Shown piece after piece: positions 1-10,539 of a DNA stretch of 64,000 nt (positions are counted from its first letter, which is position 1; each line of letters opens with the position of its first letter). The position numbers and the translations under genes are program-made. Source of the DNA: Candidatus Uhrbacteria bacterium (GTDB lineage Bacteria; Patescibacteriota; Patescibacteriia; UBA9934; GWF2-40-263); NCBI GenBank assembly GCA_016188495.1, contig JACPHU010000029.1:11136-75135 (forward strand). The letters are read 5' to 3'. Under the pieces are notes generated by a model. It searched no databases and was not told the origin of the DNA. It saw nothing but the letters and a program-made list of their open reading frames with translations.

Positions 1-140
1 GCATGAATCAAACCTGTCGTGATGCCGGGATTACAGGCTATCCTACGTGGGAGTTTAAAGACGGATCGCGTTTAGGCGGAGAACAATCGTTTGAGACATT
101 GGCTGAAAAATCGGACTGCGACCTTCCTGTTTTACCATAA
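1..140 (+). CDS. thioredoxin-fold protein, C-terminal fragment (5' end cut by window)
   Basis: Frame 3 reads ...CRDAGITGYPTWEFKDGSRLGGEQSFETLAEKSDCDLPVLP with stop at 138-140. The GxPTW loop is typical of Trx/DsbA folds. It lies directly upstream of a VKOR-like gene. Confidence 0.45.
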   Translation, partial: MNQTCRDAGITGYPTWEFKDGSRLGGEQSFETLAEKSDCDLPVLP

Positions 141-143
141 CGT

Positions 144-590
144 ATGGATCATAAGTCATCCTCATACCCTCGTTGGATCATCTTTCTATCTATCGTAGGT
201 GTTCTTCTTTCTTTCTATTCTTTTCTCCACAAACAAGGATTTACCTCTGGGGCGTTTTGTAACCTGAATGCAACTTTTAATTGCGATGTGGTCAATCAAG
301 GGCCTTATTCTCAAATGTTTGGTATTCCTGTGGCATTGATTGGAATAATTGGATATCTGCTTCTTGCTTTCGGTGCAGGATTAAAAATAAAAAATCCCGA
401 AGATAACAGTCTTTCATTTTTCTTGTTTTTCGCATCATTTGGAGGATTTCTTTTTGCTCTGTATCTTTCAGGATTAGAAGCGTTTGTCTTACATGCTTGG
501 TGTATTGTTTGCCTGACGTCTCAAGGATTGATTACGGCTCTTCTGGTTCTTACTTTTTTAAATATGCTTGGAGAAAAAAGAAAAAACTGA
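144..590 (+). CDS. vitamin K epoxide reductase (VKOR)-family membrane protein
   Basis: 148 aa with multiple TM helices and paired Cys motifs (CNLNATFNCD; CIVC) as in VKOR/DsbB-like oxidoreductases. It abuts the thioredoxin-like fragment. Confidence 0.55.
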   Translation: MDHKSSSYPRWIIFLSIVGVLLSFYSFLHKQGFTSGAFCNLNATFNCDVVNQGPYSQMFGIPVALIGIIGYLLLAFGAGLKIKNPEDNSLSFFLFFASFGGFLFALYLSGLEAFVLHAWCIVCLTSQGLITALLVLTFLNMLGEKRKN

Positions 591-635
591 CAGGGACTTC
601 TGGAACATCTATTTAAAAATCTTTACATTCATCGT

Positions 636-2003
636 ATGAATATTTCTTTTCATGGGGCTGCACGGGAAGTAACGGGGTCTTGTCATCGTTTACAGGTCAC
701 TGACGCACGGGGAGTGCAACGTCAAGTGATGTTTGATTGCGGAATGTTTCAAGGTGAGTATATGTGCGGATCTAAAAACCAAGACGAGTTCGGATTTGAT
801 CCTTCAACGATTGATGCGGTTTTTATTTCCCATCCTCATGCCGATCATACAGGCCGGCTTCCAAAGCTGATTAAGGAAGGGTATCGCGGGGCTATTTATA
901 TGACGGAACCTTGTGCGAGTCTTGCTAAGCTGGTTCTTGAAGACGCTTACCACGTGATGAAGGAAGACGCTGAAAGATGCGGAAGTTCGGTTTTGTATGA
1001 GTTGGAAGATCTGACTCTGACTTTTAAACAAGTACAGAAGGTGAGTTATCACCAACAGATTGAAATCGTTCCTGGAGTTGTAGCGATGTTTCATGAAGCC
1101 GGACATGTCTTGGGATCAGCCTATATTTCTGTGGATGCGGAAGGAAAGAGAGTTGTTTTTTCTGGAGATATTGGAAACGATGATGTTCCTATTTTGCCAA
1201 ATACCGAAGCCATTTCACACGCGGATGTCGTTATTTGTGAATCCACTTACGGACATCGCGAACATGAACCTATGGAAACGCGCGGCAAGCTCCTCAAAGA
1301 TGCTATTGAAGGAATCATTCGCACACGCGGGGTTTTGATGATTCCAGCGTTTTCCATCGAGCGAACACAGGAATTATTGTTTGAGATTGATCGCCTACTT
1401 CTTCATGAATTGCAAACAAAAATTCCTATTTATCTTGATAGTCCTATGGCGATCAAGGCAACGGCTCTGTATCGGCAGTTTAAACAGTATTTGCGTTTTG
1501 ACGTTCCTATTACCAGTGAGCCGGATCAGGATTTTTTTAGTTTTCCAAATTTGCGAGAAACGCTTACCGTCCCTGAGTCAAAAAGCATTGCAGATGTTGC
1601 TGCCCCTAAAATTGTGATTGCCGGGTCTGGCATGATGTCAGGAGGACGGATCATGCATCATTTAATTCGTTATTTGCCTGATGCGAAAAACCAACTTCTT
1701 ATTATCGGTTATCAAGCTCACGGAACCATTGGTCGTCAATTGTTCGAGGGAGCAAAAAAGGTTCGTATTTTCAGACAAGAGATTGAGGTTCACGCCAAAG
1801 TTGAAGCCATCGGTGCCTTTTCGGCTCATGGAGACATGAATAAGCTGACCCGCTGGCTTAAACCGGAAGAGGGCCCAGTTCCTACAAAAATTTTTCTTGT
1901 TCACGGAGATCCGGAATCCAAAGAAGTATTTGCCACTCATTTGCGCCATGCCTTACGAACAGAAGTGATTATTCCTGAATATAAAAAGAGTTACGAAGTT
2001 TAG
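636..2003 (+). CDS. MBL-fold beta-CASP RNA-processing metallo-hydrolase (RNase J/CPSF-like)
   Basis: HPHADHTG (HxHxDH) metallo-beta-lactamase motif, 455 aa, with C-terminal beta-CASP-like region. Confidence 0.7.
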   Translation: MNISFHGAAREVTGSCHRLQVTDARGVQRQVMFDCGMFQGEYMCGSKNQDEFGFDPSTIDAVFISHPHADHTGRLPKLIKEGYRGAIYMTEPCASLAKLVLEDAYHVMKEDAERCGSSVLYELEDLTLTFKQVQKVSYHQQIEIVPGVVAMFHEAGHVLGSAYISVDAEGKRVVFSGDIGNDDVPILPNTEAISHADVVICESTYGHREHEPMETRGKLLKDAIEGIIRTRGVLMIPAFSIERTQELLFEIDRLLLHELQTKIPIYLDSPMAIKATALYRQFKQYLRFDVPITSEPDQDFFSFPNLRETLTVPESKSIADVAAPKIVIAGSGMMSGGRIMHHLIRYLPDAKNQLLIIGYQAHGTIGRQLFEGAKKVRIFRQEIEVHAKVEAIGAFSAHGDMNKLTRWLKPEEGPVPTKIFLVHGDPESKEVFATHLRHALRTEVIIPEYKKSYEV

Positions 2004-2079
2004 ATCATCAAACACTCATCACAAGATTCAATTTTCATAGGAAGCGTTTCCTTTTGCATTTTTGTGTTAATTTTTATTT

Positions 2080-2727
2080 TTGTTTATTTTTTTTAAAAAA
2101 GAAATTTCTATGCGTTATCGTATTATTCCTGTTGTTGATAACGATTTCTTTTTAAAGAAAGTAAATCAAGATCTTTTGAATATTTTTTTGAAGCGTAAAC
2201 CGGATACGATGCCCGAAAGTCTTTTAGGTCGATTGTTGATTGCCAACATGACACGTATACCTTCCCATCGACTCGATCAGTTTCTCATAGGGAGTCTCGA
2301 TAGTTACTATGACGAAAAAAATCATTTTTTTTGGTCCTTGTCCCACAAAGAGGGGACGTTAGCGGTTGCTGTGAATGATAGACCTGTCGGTATTGATATG
2401 GAAAAAATTTTTCCAAGAGACTCTAGTCTATTCCATCTTTTTACTCAGAGTGAGTGGTTAGTTCTTGGTCAGAAAGATTGGCTTAAATTTTATTCTGGTT
2501 GGACAGCAAAAGAAGCTGTTCTTAAAGTGTTGTCACTTGATTTGGCGTGCCAGAGCGGTGTTCGTATTGTTGAAAAAACTGATCGTGGGTTTGTGTTGAC
2601 ATACGGAACTCAGCACATAACCGTTGATGTTTTTCAAAAAAAGGATTTCATGGTCGCTCTGGCGCAAGTGGAAGTTTCATATTCTTTAGAATCTGATCCA
2701 GGTAACGCTCAAGAAGTGTCAGATTAG
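2080..2727 (+). CDS. 4'-phosphopantetheinyl transferase (Sfp-type); real start may be Met at 2110
   Basis: GIDMEKI and WTAKEAVLK motifs (GxD..E / WxxKEA) of PPTases. Its 3' end overlaps the NRPS-like gene convergently. Confidence 0.65.
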   Translation: MFIFFKKEISMRYRIIPVVDNDFFLKKVNQDLLNIFLKRKPDTMPESLLGRLLIANMTRIPSHRLDQFLIGSLDSYYDEKNHFFWSLSHKEGTLAVAVNDRPVGIDMEKIFPRDSSLFHLFTQSEWLVLGQKDWLKFYSGWTAKEAVLKVLSLDLACQSGVRIVEKTDRGFVLTYGTQHITVDVFQKKDFMVALAQVEVSYSLESDPGNAQEVSD

Positions 2728-5572
2728 GAGGAGGGATAACAATACCTGTGCCGCTTAAGGCGGTGTCTGTGTGTGTTGTATCGAAGAAAATATTCGTTGC
2801 TTGAAAGAGATCCATGTCTCGTAGTCGTTCAAATGACGTCTGATCAGGTAATAATCGACATAGCGCAGCAAAAGATGATGAAGCTTCACTATCTAGTGTT
2901 CGATCCTTCATTTTTTGAAGCCACGTATGTGAAGGTTCTTTCTTTATCACGAATCCACGTTTTTCAAGAACTTCAAGGATCATTTTTAATGTAAAACCAC
3001 CATGATTTGCGATGTGATAACAACCAGAAAGACTTGTTTGGCCTATAAAAGCCATTGCTCGTGCGGCAAAATCCACGGGTGTGACATCTAATCGTAAGGA
3101 TTCGTGGTTTCCCTCAGGTACGCAACCAAGAGTGATCAGTCCTCTAATAAAGAGTTCTAGATAGTCATGTGTTGAATGAACACCGGTTACGGAATCTCCT
3201 GTAATTAATCCAAAACGAAAAATATTGCATGATAAGGAGTCTGTTGAAAATTGACGCAGAAAACGTTCGGCAACCCATTTGCTTTGGGCGTATCCTCCAT
3301 AGATCTTATGAGTTTTCGATAAGTCATCATCTTCCATGGCAACGCCGGTATTTCGATCTGTTGCCACAAAAACCGATAGTGTCGACGCATAATTAAGTTT
3401 TTTCCGCACACCCGTCATGGCGAAAGAAACGATTTCCATGACCCCATTTACATTTGATTTTTTGAGATCTTCATAGGACATCACCATGTTGACTGTTGCG
3501 GCGCAATGATAGATTTCTGAAACAGTTAAGGTTAGTTTTTGCCAGGCACTCGCTGTTAAACCTAAATGCGGGGATGTTATGTCGCCTGTGAGGACTTCAA
3601 TCCGTTTGATGTCTTCTGCTGATAAATTAAATCCGTACAAGACACAGGTTCGCAGTATTTTTTCCAGTCCTTCTTTGGCTGAGGCAGCGCGAACAAGAAC
3701 GATGATAGGACGTTTAGTTTGAGAGAGTAATTCAGACAGTAATCGAGAACCCAAGAAACCCGTAGCTCCCGTGATAAAAAGACTTTCCCGTGTCTGAAGA
3801 GGAAGAGAGACGGCTGTTGAAGCCAGTTTTTTCCATGCAGACGTTAATTTAATATCAGAGGTAAAATCTGAAGCTAAACGTCCATTTGATTTTGTCTTAT
3901 CTGTGTGTGCACGAAGAATGGAAGCAAGGCTCCTGATCGTTACGTTTGGAGTCATCAGAGCGATAGGAATCGCCAATCCATTTTTTTCCGCCATGGCAAC
4001 TGTTTGGACAACTCCCAGCGAGTCGCCTCCTGAGGCGAAAAAGTTGTCATCAAGACCTACCTGACGGTTAAGAGTCACGTTCCATATTTCTAAAAGTTGA
4101 CGTTCAAGATCATCTGTTGTCTCTAGTGTCGTTTGATTGGTCGTTGATTCAACGATGAGTTTACGTAATTTCCCAAAATCTTTTTTCCCGCTTGTGTTGC
4201 GAGGCAAGATGTCAAGAAAGATAAACTGATAAGGGATCATCCACTCAGGAAGATGTTTCTTTAAATAGGAACGCAGATGTTCTTCTTGCAAGGGTTTTGA
4301 TGTCACTATAAATGCAATCAGTCTCGTTTTAGAATCAATGGCATTTTGTATCGAAATAACAGCGGCATCAATAATGGATTCATGCGCTTGAAGCTGTGCC
4401 TCGATTTCTTCCGGCGCGACGAGCTGGCCGCTTACTTTTACTTGACGGTCTATTCGGCCGATAAAATAAATCTTGCCCTTTTTTTCTCGCACGAGATCGC
4501 CTGTCCGATAGTAGCGTGTTCCTTCCTGAAAGATAAAACGTTCGCGGTTCAGCGTATCGTTATGAAGATAGCCTAAGGCTAAACCGGGCCCAGAAATCCA
4601 AAGCTCGCCCATGGAAGCGTTCTCACCATGTTCATCAACGACACGATAGCGCATGTTGTTGAGGGGCTTGCCTATATCCGTTTCATTTTCTGCAGCATCA
4701 CAAACGACAGCGCTCGTGCAAATGGTGGCTTCTGTGGGGCCGTAGACATTAATAAGGCGTACGCGTGAAGCAAACTTTTTTATCACCTCTTCACTGACGG
4801 CTTCGCCTCCAATCGTGATTGTGTGAAGGCAGGGCGGTAGATGATCCGGATCCAGAAGAACCAGAAGCGAAGGGGGAAGATCAACGTAAGTAATGGCGCG
4901 TTGCGTCATAATGTCTTGAATTCGCGCAGCGGTTTCAAGGCGGCTTCCTGTTTCAATGTAGAGAGTGGCACCGCAGAGCAATGCGGTTCCTATGTCCGAA
5001 AGAGAAGCATCAAAGGCAATGGATAATAAAAACAACGATCGGCTTTCCGGACCAAGATTAAATAAAGCAATCTGTTCTTTCAGAACCCCTAGAAGTCCTG
5101 CATGGGACACCATGACGCCTTTTGGACGACCGGTGCTTCCAGAGGTGTAAATAATGTAAGCAAGATCATCGGGATTTGGCCTAGACGGTAAAAATTCAAT
5201 ATTATCGGTTTTGTGTATGAACGTGCTTATGTCATCGATAATAATGTTTGGTTTGGCATCCGAGAGCTGGAACGCTCTGCGTTCTGGGGGAAGCCCTGGG
5301 GGAAGCGGCATGAAGGCCCCGCCAGCTGCCCAAGTTCCTAGAAGAGCCGCGATATACTCCCAGGATTTTTCCAGACTAATAGCCACAAGCGTTCCTGGGC
5401 CTATCCCTTTTGTTTTTAACGCAGCAGCGATGTTCATGACCAGGGCATCCAGTTGACGGTAGGTCATGTCCACACGACCATCCGTTACGATAGCGGGGTG
5501 ATTTGGATATTGCTGAACTATGTTTCTGAACGCGTGAATCACATCATTCTCCCTTTCAGATCGGTTGCTCAT
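2648..5572 (-). CDS. NRPS-like adenylation / peptidyl-carrier / thioester-reductase (A-T-R) enzyme
   Basis: AMP-binding motifs YTSGSTGRPKGV, YRTGDL and GRIDRQVKVSG. Carrier-protein motif GGDSLG. C-terminal NAD(P)-binding reductase motifs ITGATGFLGSRLL and YGGYAQSKW. Confidence 0.85.
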   Translation of the reverse strand: MSNRSERENDVIHAFRNIVQQYPNHPAIVTDGRVDMTYRQLDALVMNIAAALKTKGIGPGTLVAISLEKSWEYIAALLGTWAAGGAFMPLPPGLPPERRAFQLSDAKPNIIIDDISTFIHKTDNIEFLPSRPNPDDLAYIIYTSGSTGRPKGVMVSHAGLLGVLKEQIALFNLGPESRSLFLLSIAFDASLSDIGTALLCGATLYIETGSRLETAARIQDIMTQRAITYVDLPPSLLVLLDPDHLPPCLHTITIGGEAVSEEVIKKFASRVRLINVYGPTEATICTSAVVCDAAENETDIGKPLNNMRYRVVDEHGENASMGELWISGPGLALGYLHNDTLNRERFIFQEGTRYYRTGDLVREKKGKIYFIGRIDRQVKVSGQLVAPEEIEAQLQAHESIIDAAVISIQNAIDSKTRLIAFIVTSKPLQEEHLRSYLKKHLPEWMIPYQFIFLDILPRNTSGKKDFGKLRKLIVESTTNQTTLETTDDLERQLLEIWNVTLNRQVGLDDNFFASGGDSLGVVQTVAMAEKNGLAIPIALMTPNVTIRSLASILRAHTDKTKSNGRLASDFTSDIKLTSAWKKLASTAVSLPLQTRESLFITGATGFLGSRLLSELLSQTKRPIIVLVRAASAKEGLEKILRTCVLYGFNLSAEDIKRIEVLTGDITSPHLGLTASAWQKLTLTVSEIYHCAATVNMVMSYEDLKKSNVNGVMEIVSFAMTGVRKKLNYASTLSVFVATDRNTGVAMEDDDLSKTHKIYGGYAQSKWVAERFLRQFSTDSLSCNIFRFGLITGDSVTGVHSTHDYLELFIRGLITLGCVPEGNHESLRLDVTPVDFAARAMAFIGQTSLSGCYHIANHGGFTLKMILEVLEKRGFVIKKEPSHTWLQKMKDRTLDSEASSSFAALCRLLPDQTSFERLRDMDLFQATNIFFDTTHTDTALSGTGIVIPPPNLTLLERYLDQILKNMKLPLAPERP

Positions 5573-6330
5573 AATGGTTTGCGCCCAACAATAATGCAGC
5601 GCGGACTCTTTAGAGAAAGGGGCTGTTCATCCGTACCCCCAAAAAAACGAAGATCACGAAACCCTGCTTGGAGAAACATCTGTTTAAGTTCCGCAGGCAT
5701 GTATAAGCGTGTTGTTCCTGCACGTACGCGATCAGGTTCTCCTGGAAACGAATACGTCCATTCAGACGTGAGCGTTCCATGTTCCAAATTTACCCATGAA
5801 TGGCGTTTCACGCGAATCGTTTGTTTATTTATTTTTTTGATGTACGTGCGCACCGGCAGGCGGCCACGCAAAAGATAGAATGAATTATGAAAATCCAGTG
5901 CGAACCATTTTCCTTTTTTTAGAGATGCAAACGCCTGTTTCAGCATTTGCAGATTTTGTTCATCATCTAAATAATATCCAAAACTTGTATACCAATTGAA
6001 CGCGCCGTCCGCAGTTTCGCTTGGGAGAAAGCGTAAAGCATCTCCAGATATGAAAAGACAGTTTTTTAATTGTTCTTTTTTAGCTGTTTCTTGCGCTTCT
6101 TGAACATACCGACGACTTTGTTCGATCCCGATGGTTCTATATCCTTGTTCGGCTAAAGCATGTGAAATAGTTCCGATGCCGCTGCATTGATCAAATAAGA
6201 GATCATCTTTTTTGAGGTGAAGGTGCTTCATAAGAAAGCGGACGGTTTGTGTCACTTCACGAGGGTGACGCACAAGGAATAGACGAGCGAAGTCTTCCTC
6301 AAAGAATGTTTTCCACCAATGTTTTGGCAT
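5569..6330 (-). CDS. class I SAM-dependent methyltransferase
   Basis: Motif I LFDQCSGIGTISHALAEQG. 4-nt overlap with the downstream NRPS-like gene. Confidence 0.7.
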   Translation of the reverse strand: MPKHWWKTFFEEDFARLFLVRHPREVTQTVRFLMKHLHLKKDDLLFDQCSGIGTISHALAEQGYRTIGIEQSRRYVQEAQETAKKEQLKNCLFISGDALRFLPSETADGAFNWYTSFGYYLDDEQNLQMLKQAFASLKKGKWFALDFHNSFYLLRGRLPVRTYIKKINKQTIRVKRHSWVNLEHGTLTSEWTYSFPGEPDRVRAGTTRLYMPAELKQMFLQAGFRDLRFFGGTDEQPLSLKSPRCIIVGRKPL

Positions 6331-6332
6331 AG

Positions 6333-8237
6333 TTAAGGTCTGGCTAAATGAAAACGGTTTTGAATCAAATACGTGGAAAGCATCAGCATGATAATAGGTT
6401 CAATCGCAATTTGGTGTTCAATATCTATGTCACCAGTTGTTTCTAGAAGACGGACAGCTTTGGTTTGATCAAAGATATTCATATCAGCAAAGGATTGGCT
6501 ATGAAAAACATCATTGATAAATTCAAATCCAACCCGATTTTCAACCAAGCTTAAAGGGGGAGCCATAAAGGGCTGTTTAGGTTTCAGACAGACTTCCTCT
6601 GGCAAATAGTTACGAGCGACAACGCGCAGGATATGTTTTTGTATCCCATCCTTCATTTTGAGATTTGTTGGAATGCGTTTGGCCACGTCGAAAAAAAGAT
6701 GATCTAAAAACGGAACGCGGCCTTCAACGCTATGGGCCATCTCACAACCGTCGCCAAGCGTTTTGAGAATATAATTGGCCATGGCAAATTTTATCCAAAG
6801 ATAACTGGATTGGTTTACGTGGTCGCGTCCGGTGAGCTGATTCTCTACATCAATAGATTGGATAAAGTCCGTTATCATCTGTTCTGGAGAAAAATGGTGA
6901 ACCCACTCTTTAGAAAGCAAACCATTCATGACAAAACCAATAGAGGCTTTCGCTTTGAGAAATGTTGGAAGATACCCGAGCCGATGCATCACGGGATTCA
7001 GATCAAGGCCTGGGCCAATAGGGAAGTGAACACCCGAAGCCACTAAGTCCGCGTTACCCTGCCCAAGAACAGTATTTCCAAGCAGATCTTGTTTCAAATG
7101 AACGTAGCCTGCCAAGGCTTCGTCAGCACCTTCTCCTGTCAGAACAATGGTATAACCTGCTTCTCTAATTTTTTGATGCAAAATATATTTCGCAGCCAAA
7201 TGGCTATTGATCGCGAGTCCTTCGCTATAGTAAACGGCATCGGAAAGGGTATTCACCACATCTACTGCCCCAACAGGCACTGAGGTGAAATCCGCTCCAA
7301 TATGTTGAGCGACACGCGCGGCTGCTTGAGTTTCATCATAAGCGTTATGGGGAAAGGAAACAGTAAAACAATGAGTTTTTACATTCAAAGCTTCTGCCCC
7401 CATTGCTGCGACTATCGAAGAATCAATACCGCCGCTTACTTGAAAACACACTTTTGGTCCATCTGTTTGTAAACGCAAAGTTACTGCTTCTTTCAGCGCG
7501 CTTTCCAATGTTTTGGCCGCTAGATTTTCATCCGTAAGATTTGTTTTTTCGTCGTCTTTGGGAAAATCTACATCCCAATATTTTGTCACAACGACGTTCC
7601 TGCTGTCGTGCACCAGCATGTGACCAGGTTTCAATTGGTAAATATTTTTAAAGAGAGAATGATCTTGCGGAATGTATTGCAAACAAGAGGCGTGAAAGAG
7701 AGCGTACGTATCCCAAGCGGCTGGGACACCCAGTGCAAGCAAGGCCTTTGCTTCTGAAGCCACGGAAAATATTCCGTTACGACCTATAAAATAATGAAGC
7801 GGTTTGATTCCGAAACGATCGCGTACAGCAATCAGTCGTTTGAGTTTAAGATCATACAGAACAAAAGCAAATTCTCCCCGTAAATACTTTGTAAAATCAA
7901 GGCCGTATTCCTGATAAAGACCTATAACGATTTCACTATCTGACTCTGTTTTAAAATGATGTCCTTTTTGACGAAGCTCTTCACGAATTTTTTTATAACC
8001 ATAAAGCTCGCCATTCACGCTCGCGACGATGGTACCGTCTGCACTGACAAGGGGCTGATCACCACCGTTGATATCGGTGATCGCAAGACGCCGATGCGCT
8101 AAGCCAACCGTCTGATCTTGTGAGAGCCAAATTCCCGCATGATCTGGTCCGCGATGGCTCATCGATTTAGCGGCATTCAAAATAGTTTGGGCATGAAGCC
8201 GGCCGTTGGGATCGTACGTGGCAAGAATACCGCACAT
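6333..8237 (-). CDS. asnB: asparagine synthetase (glutamine-hydrolysing) family amidotransferase
   Basis: N-terminal MCGI (Cys2 nucleophile of class II glutamine amidotransferases) and SGGIDSS PP-loop. 634 aa. Confidence 0.85.
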   Translation of the reverse strand: MCGILATYDPNGRLHAQTILNAAKSMSHRGPDHAGIWLSQDQTVGLAHRRLAITDINGGDQPLVSADGTIVASVNGELYGYKKIREELRQKGHHFKTESDSEIVIGLYQEYGLDFTKYLRGEFAFVLYDLKLKRLIAVRDRFGIKPLHYFIGRNGIFSVASEAKALLALGVPAAWDTYALFHASCLQYIPQDHSLFKNIYQLKPGHMLVHDSRNVVVTKYWDVDFPKDDEKTNLTDENLAAKTLESALKEAVTLRLQTDGPKVCFQVSGGIDSSIVAAMGAEALNVKTHCFTVSFPHNAYDETQAAARVAQHIGADFTSVPVGAVDVVNTLSDAVYYSEGLAINSHLAAKYILHQKIREAGYTIVLTGEGADEALAGYVHLKQDLLGNTVLGQGNADLVASGVHFPIGPGLDLNPVMHRLGYLPTFLKAKASIGFVMNGLLSKEWVHHFSPEQMITDFIQSIDVENQLTGRDHVNQSSYLWIKFAMANYILKTLGDGCEMAHSVEGRVPFLDHLFFDVAKRIPTNLKMKDGIQKHILRVVARNYLPEEVCLKPKQPFMAPPLSLVENRVGFEFINDVFHSQSFADMNIFDQTKAVRLLETTGDIDIEHQIAIEPIIMLMLSTYLIQNRFHLARP

Positions 8238-8240
8238 AGA

Positions 8241-9134
8241 TTACGTCGCGCTAAAAAAAATTTTTCGGTTTCCATGTTCCCATTCAGTTCCTTTTAGAAG
8301 AGCGACACCCTCTTCAAGACTAAAGGTTTTGCCCAGAATATCGTCTACCTTGAGTTTCTTATTGGTTAACAAGGCAAGTGATTCTTTGAACGAACCATAG
8401 TTTGTGCCGCACAGAGTGAGATCTTTTTTCACCACAGTCGCCACAACCAATGGAGCGGGAGTATATTGGCGACTCTTGAGCACGATTGTTCCTTTTGGTT
8501 TAACAATGCGCACCATTTCATTGAGAATCTCATTGTTTATAAAAGTTTCAATGGCAAAATCACAAGAATCGTTTTTAATGGTTTGAAGACGTTCTGGCGT
8601 GATCATCCTGACAGACGTGAAACCGTAAAGACGCATAATTCGAAGTGTGAGAGTGGCGATGCGGCTTGTTCCAATAATGATGCCTCTTTGTTTCTTTTGA
8701 ATCGGTGCCTGTAATACTGCGAGGGAGGCAGCAACAGGTTCGGCATATGCAGCTTTTCGAAAATCCATTTTTTTAGGAATTTTAAAAACGAGTTGTGCCG
8801 GGACGCAGACAAATTCCGCAAAAGCCCCGTGAACGTTTATTCCTAACATGTCTCCAATGTAGTTTCCGTCTTTGTCTGGCATGATGGGCATGACGGCTAC
8901 ACGGTCACCAAGCTTAAATTGAAGAACGTTGCGACCGAGTTTTTCGATCGTGCCGGAAAATTCGTGACCAAGAATGGTTCCATCTTTTACTTTGATTTTT
9001 CCTGTTGCCGCGTAAATGTCTGTTCGACACAATCCCGTCAGTTGTATCTTAATGAGAACTTCATTTGCTTTTGGTTGTGGAATAGCTATCTCTGCGAGGG
9101 TGATTCCTTCAGGTGTTTTGATAATGGCTTTCAT
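8241..9134 (-). CDS. zinc-binding alcohol dehydrogenase (MDR superfamily)
   Basis: GLCRTD...GHEFSGTI catalytic-Zn signature and Rossmann GxGxxG-like segment. First gene of the 4-gene minus-strand operon. Confidence 0.75.
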   Translation of the reverse strand: MKAIIKTPEGITLAEIAIPQPKANEVLIKIQLTGLCRTDIYAATGKIKVKDGTILGHEFSGTIEKLGRNVLQFKLGDRVAVMPIMPDKDGNYIGDMLGINVHGAFAEFVCVPAQLVFKIPKKMDFRKAAYAEPVAASLAVLQAPIQKKQRGIIIGTSRIATLTLRIMRLYGFTSVRMITPERLQTIKNDSCDFAIETFINNEILNEMVRIVKPKGTIVLKSRQYTPAPLVVATVVKKDLTLCGTNYGSFKESLALLTNKKLKVDDILGKTFSLEEGVALLKGTEWEHGNRKIFFSAT

Positions 9135-9226
9135 AAAATAGTCTCATCATTATACTGTTTGTGTTTGTATAAAAAAAGTAAGCGACAGATCCGTCAGGGG
9201 ACAGATCGAACGCTTACTGTGAGATA

Positions 9227-10303
9227 TCAGATGTTGGGATGCAATATCCCCAACGACTTTACGGCCTCAATGGCCGTTTCAAGACGTTTCCTCCAATCGT
9301 TACCTTCGATGATAACGTAGGGTTCGTGATTTTTCTCCATCTCTTTCACGAACCAATCAAAGCACCTCTTTCGTTCCTCTAGATCCGGCATAGGACGCAG
9401 GTCATCCTTGATCCAGGGTACATCGGGAGACAGCAGAAGCGTAAGGGCATAACGACGATTCTTTGCTTCTTCTGCAATCCAGCCAGGACATCGGCCGAAA
9501 TAATAACAGGACCAGAAGACCGTTGTGCGCAGATCGGTATCGCAGAACAGAACCCGATTTGCCAGACGTGCCATGGTGTCTTCTGTGACCATCTGACCGC
9601 GAGCGATGTCTGGAATATCCGTGTAACGGACTTCACCTGCAGCGTAACGCTTGTGCTTAACGTACTCTTCCAGGAGTCGTCGAGCGTACTCGTCGACATG
9701 CACGGTATCGAAGTGCTCCGCTAACATCGTTGTTAGCGTGGATTTCCCAGCGGACTCTGGTCCGATGATCCGTACACGCTTGGCAAAGTAAGGGCGAGCA
9801 ACCTCGGGAATGTAGCGCCATTCCTTCATCGGATTCTCACGTACGGCTGTACCAGAGATCGGCACCAACGAACGCGAACGATTGACAGGAATATAGGAGA
9901 TACCCAGTTCCTCTGCCATACGCCATCCGTAATCTTCGGAACCGAAGAGAGCATCAAAATCCTTCTCTTCACAATGTTCCTGAATACTCTCCCGCCAGAT
10001 GTTCCAGAAGTTGGCATGTTCCTCTGGCTGCTGTGGCAGGATATCATCGTGGTGAATAACGATGGCATCAGGGAAGCAATCCTTCACCCACTGGTATCGA
10101 ATAGCCCCGGGAATGGGTTCATCCGGCAGAGTACAGACGATAATCGTCAAACGGTTACACGAGGCGCGTGCAAACCGGAGCAGATGCAAATGACCATTAT
10201 GCAATCCCAGAAACTTTCCAAACACGAGTCCGTGTTCGAAACTACGACCGGTGTTATGACCAGTCTTGCGTTGGCTCATCTGGTTCATCATTTCCAACCT
10301 CAT
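9227..10303 (-). CDS. nadR: NadR-like bifunctional NMN adenylyltransferase / ribosylnicotinamide kinase
   Basis: HNGH (HxGH) nucleotidyltransferase motif near the N-terminus and GPESAGKST Walker A in the C-terminal kinase-like half. Confidence 0.6.
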   Translation of the reverse strand: MRLEMMNQMSQRKTGHNTGRSFEHGLVFGKFLGLHNGHLHLLRFARASCNRLTIIVCTLPDEPIPGAIRYQWVKDCFPDAIVIHHDDILPQQPEEHANFWNIWRESIQEHCEEKDFDALFGSEDYGWRMAEELGISYIPVNRSRSLVPISGTAVRENPMKEWRYIPEVARPYFAKRVRIIGPESAGKSTLTTMLAEHFDTVHVDEYARRLLEEYVKHKRYAAGEVRYTDIPDIARGQMVTEDTMARLANRVLFCDTDLRTTVFWSCYYFGRCPGWIAEEAKNRRYALTLLLSPDVPWIKDDLRPMPDLEERKRCFDWFVKEMEKNHEPYVIIEGNDWRKRLETAIEAVKSLGILHPNI

Positions 10304-10539
10304 GAGGATCGTTGTACAACCCTCGTTATAGATTTCTGATTTTGTGTGCTTACTTAGTAACTAAAAAAATTTTGAGCACCAGACTTTTTACCAGAAAATT
10401 TCAATTTTGTCAATATTTAGAGACAAAATCCACATTTAAATTGCTAGATAAAATAAAACTTTCTACTTTTCAGATCATAATAGTTAAGTAGAAACAACGA
10501 ATTTTGTTATTTAGCTCTTTTAATGTTTCTGAGTATGTA

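Noticed and set aside
804-1949. Several 78-100 aa ORFs inside or antisense to the MBL ribonuclease gene
   Set aside because: Nested in a gene with strong conserved motifs. They have no independent signals.
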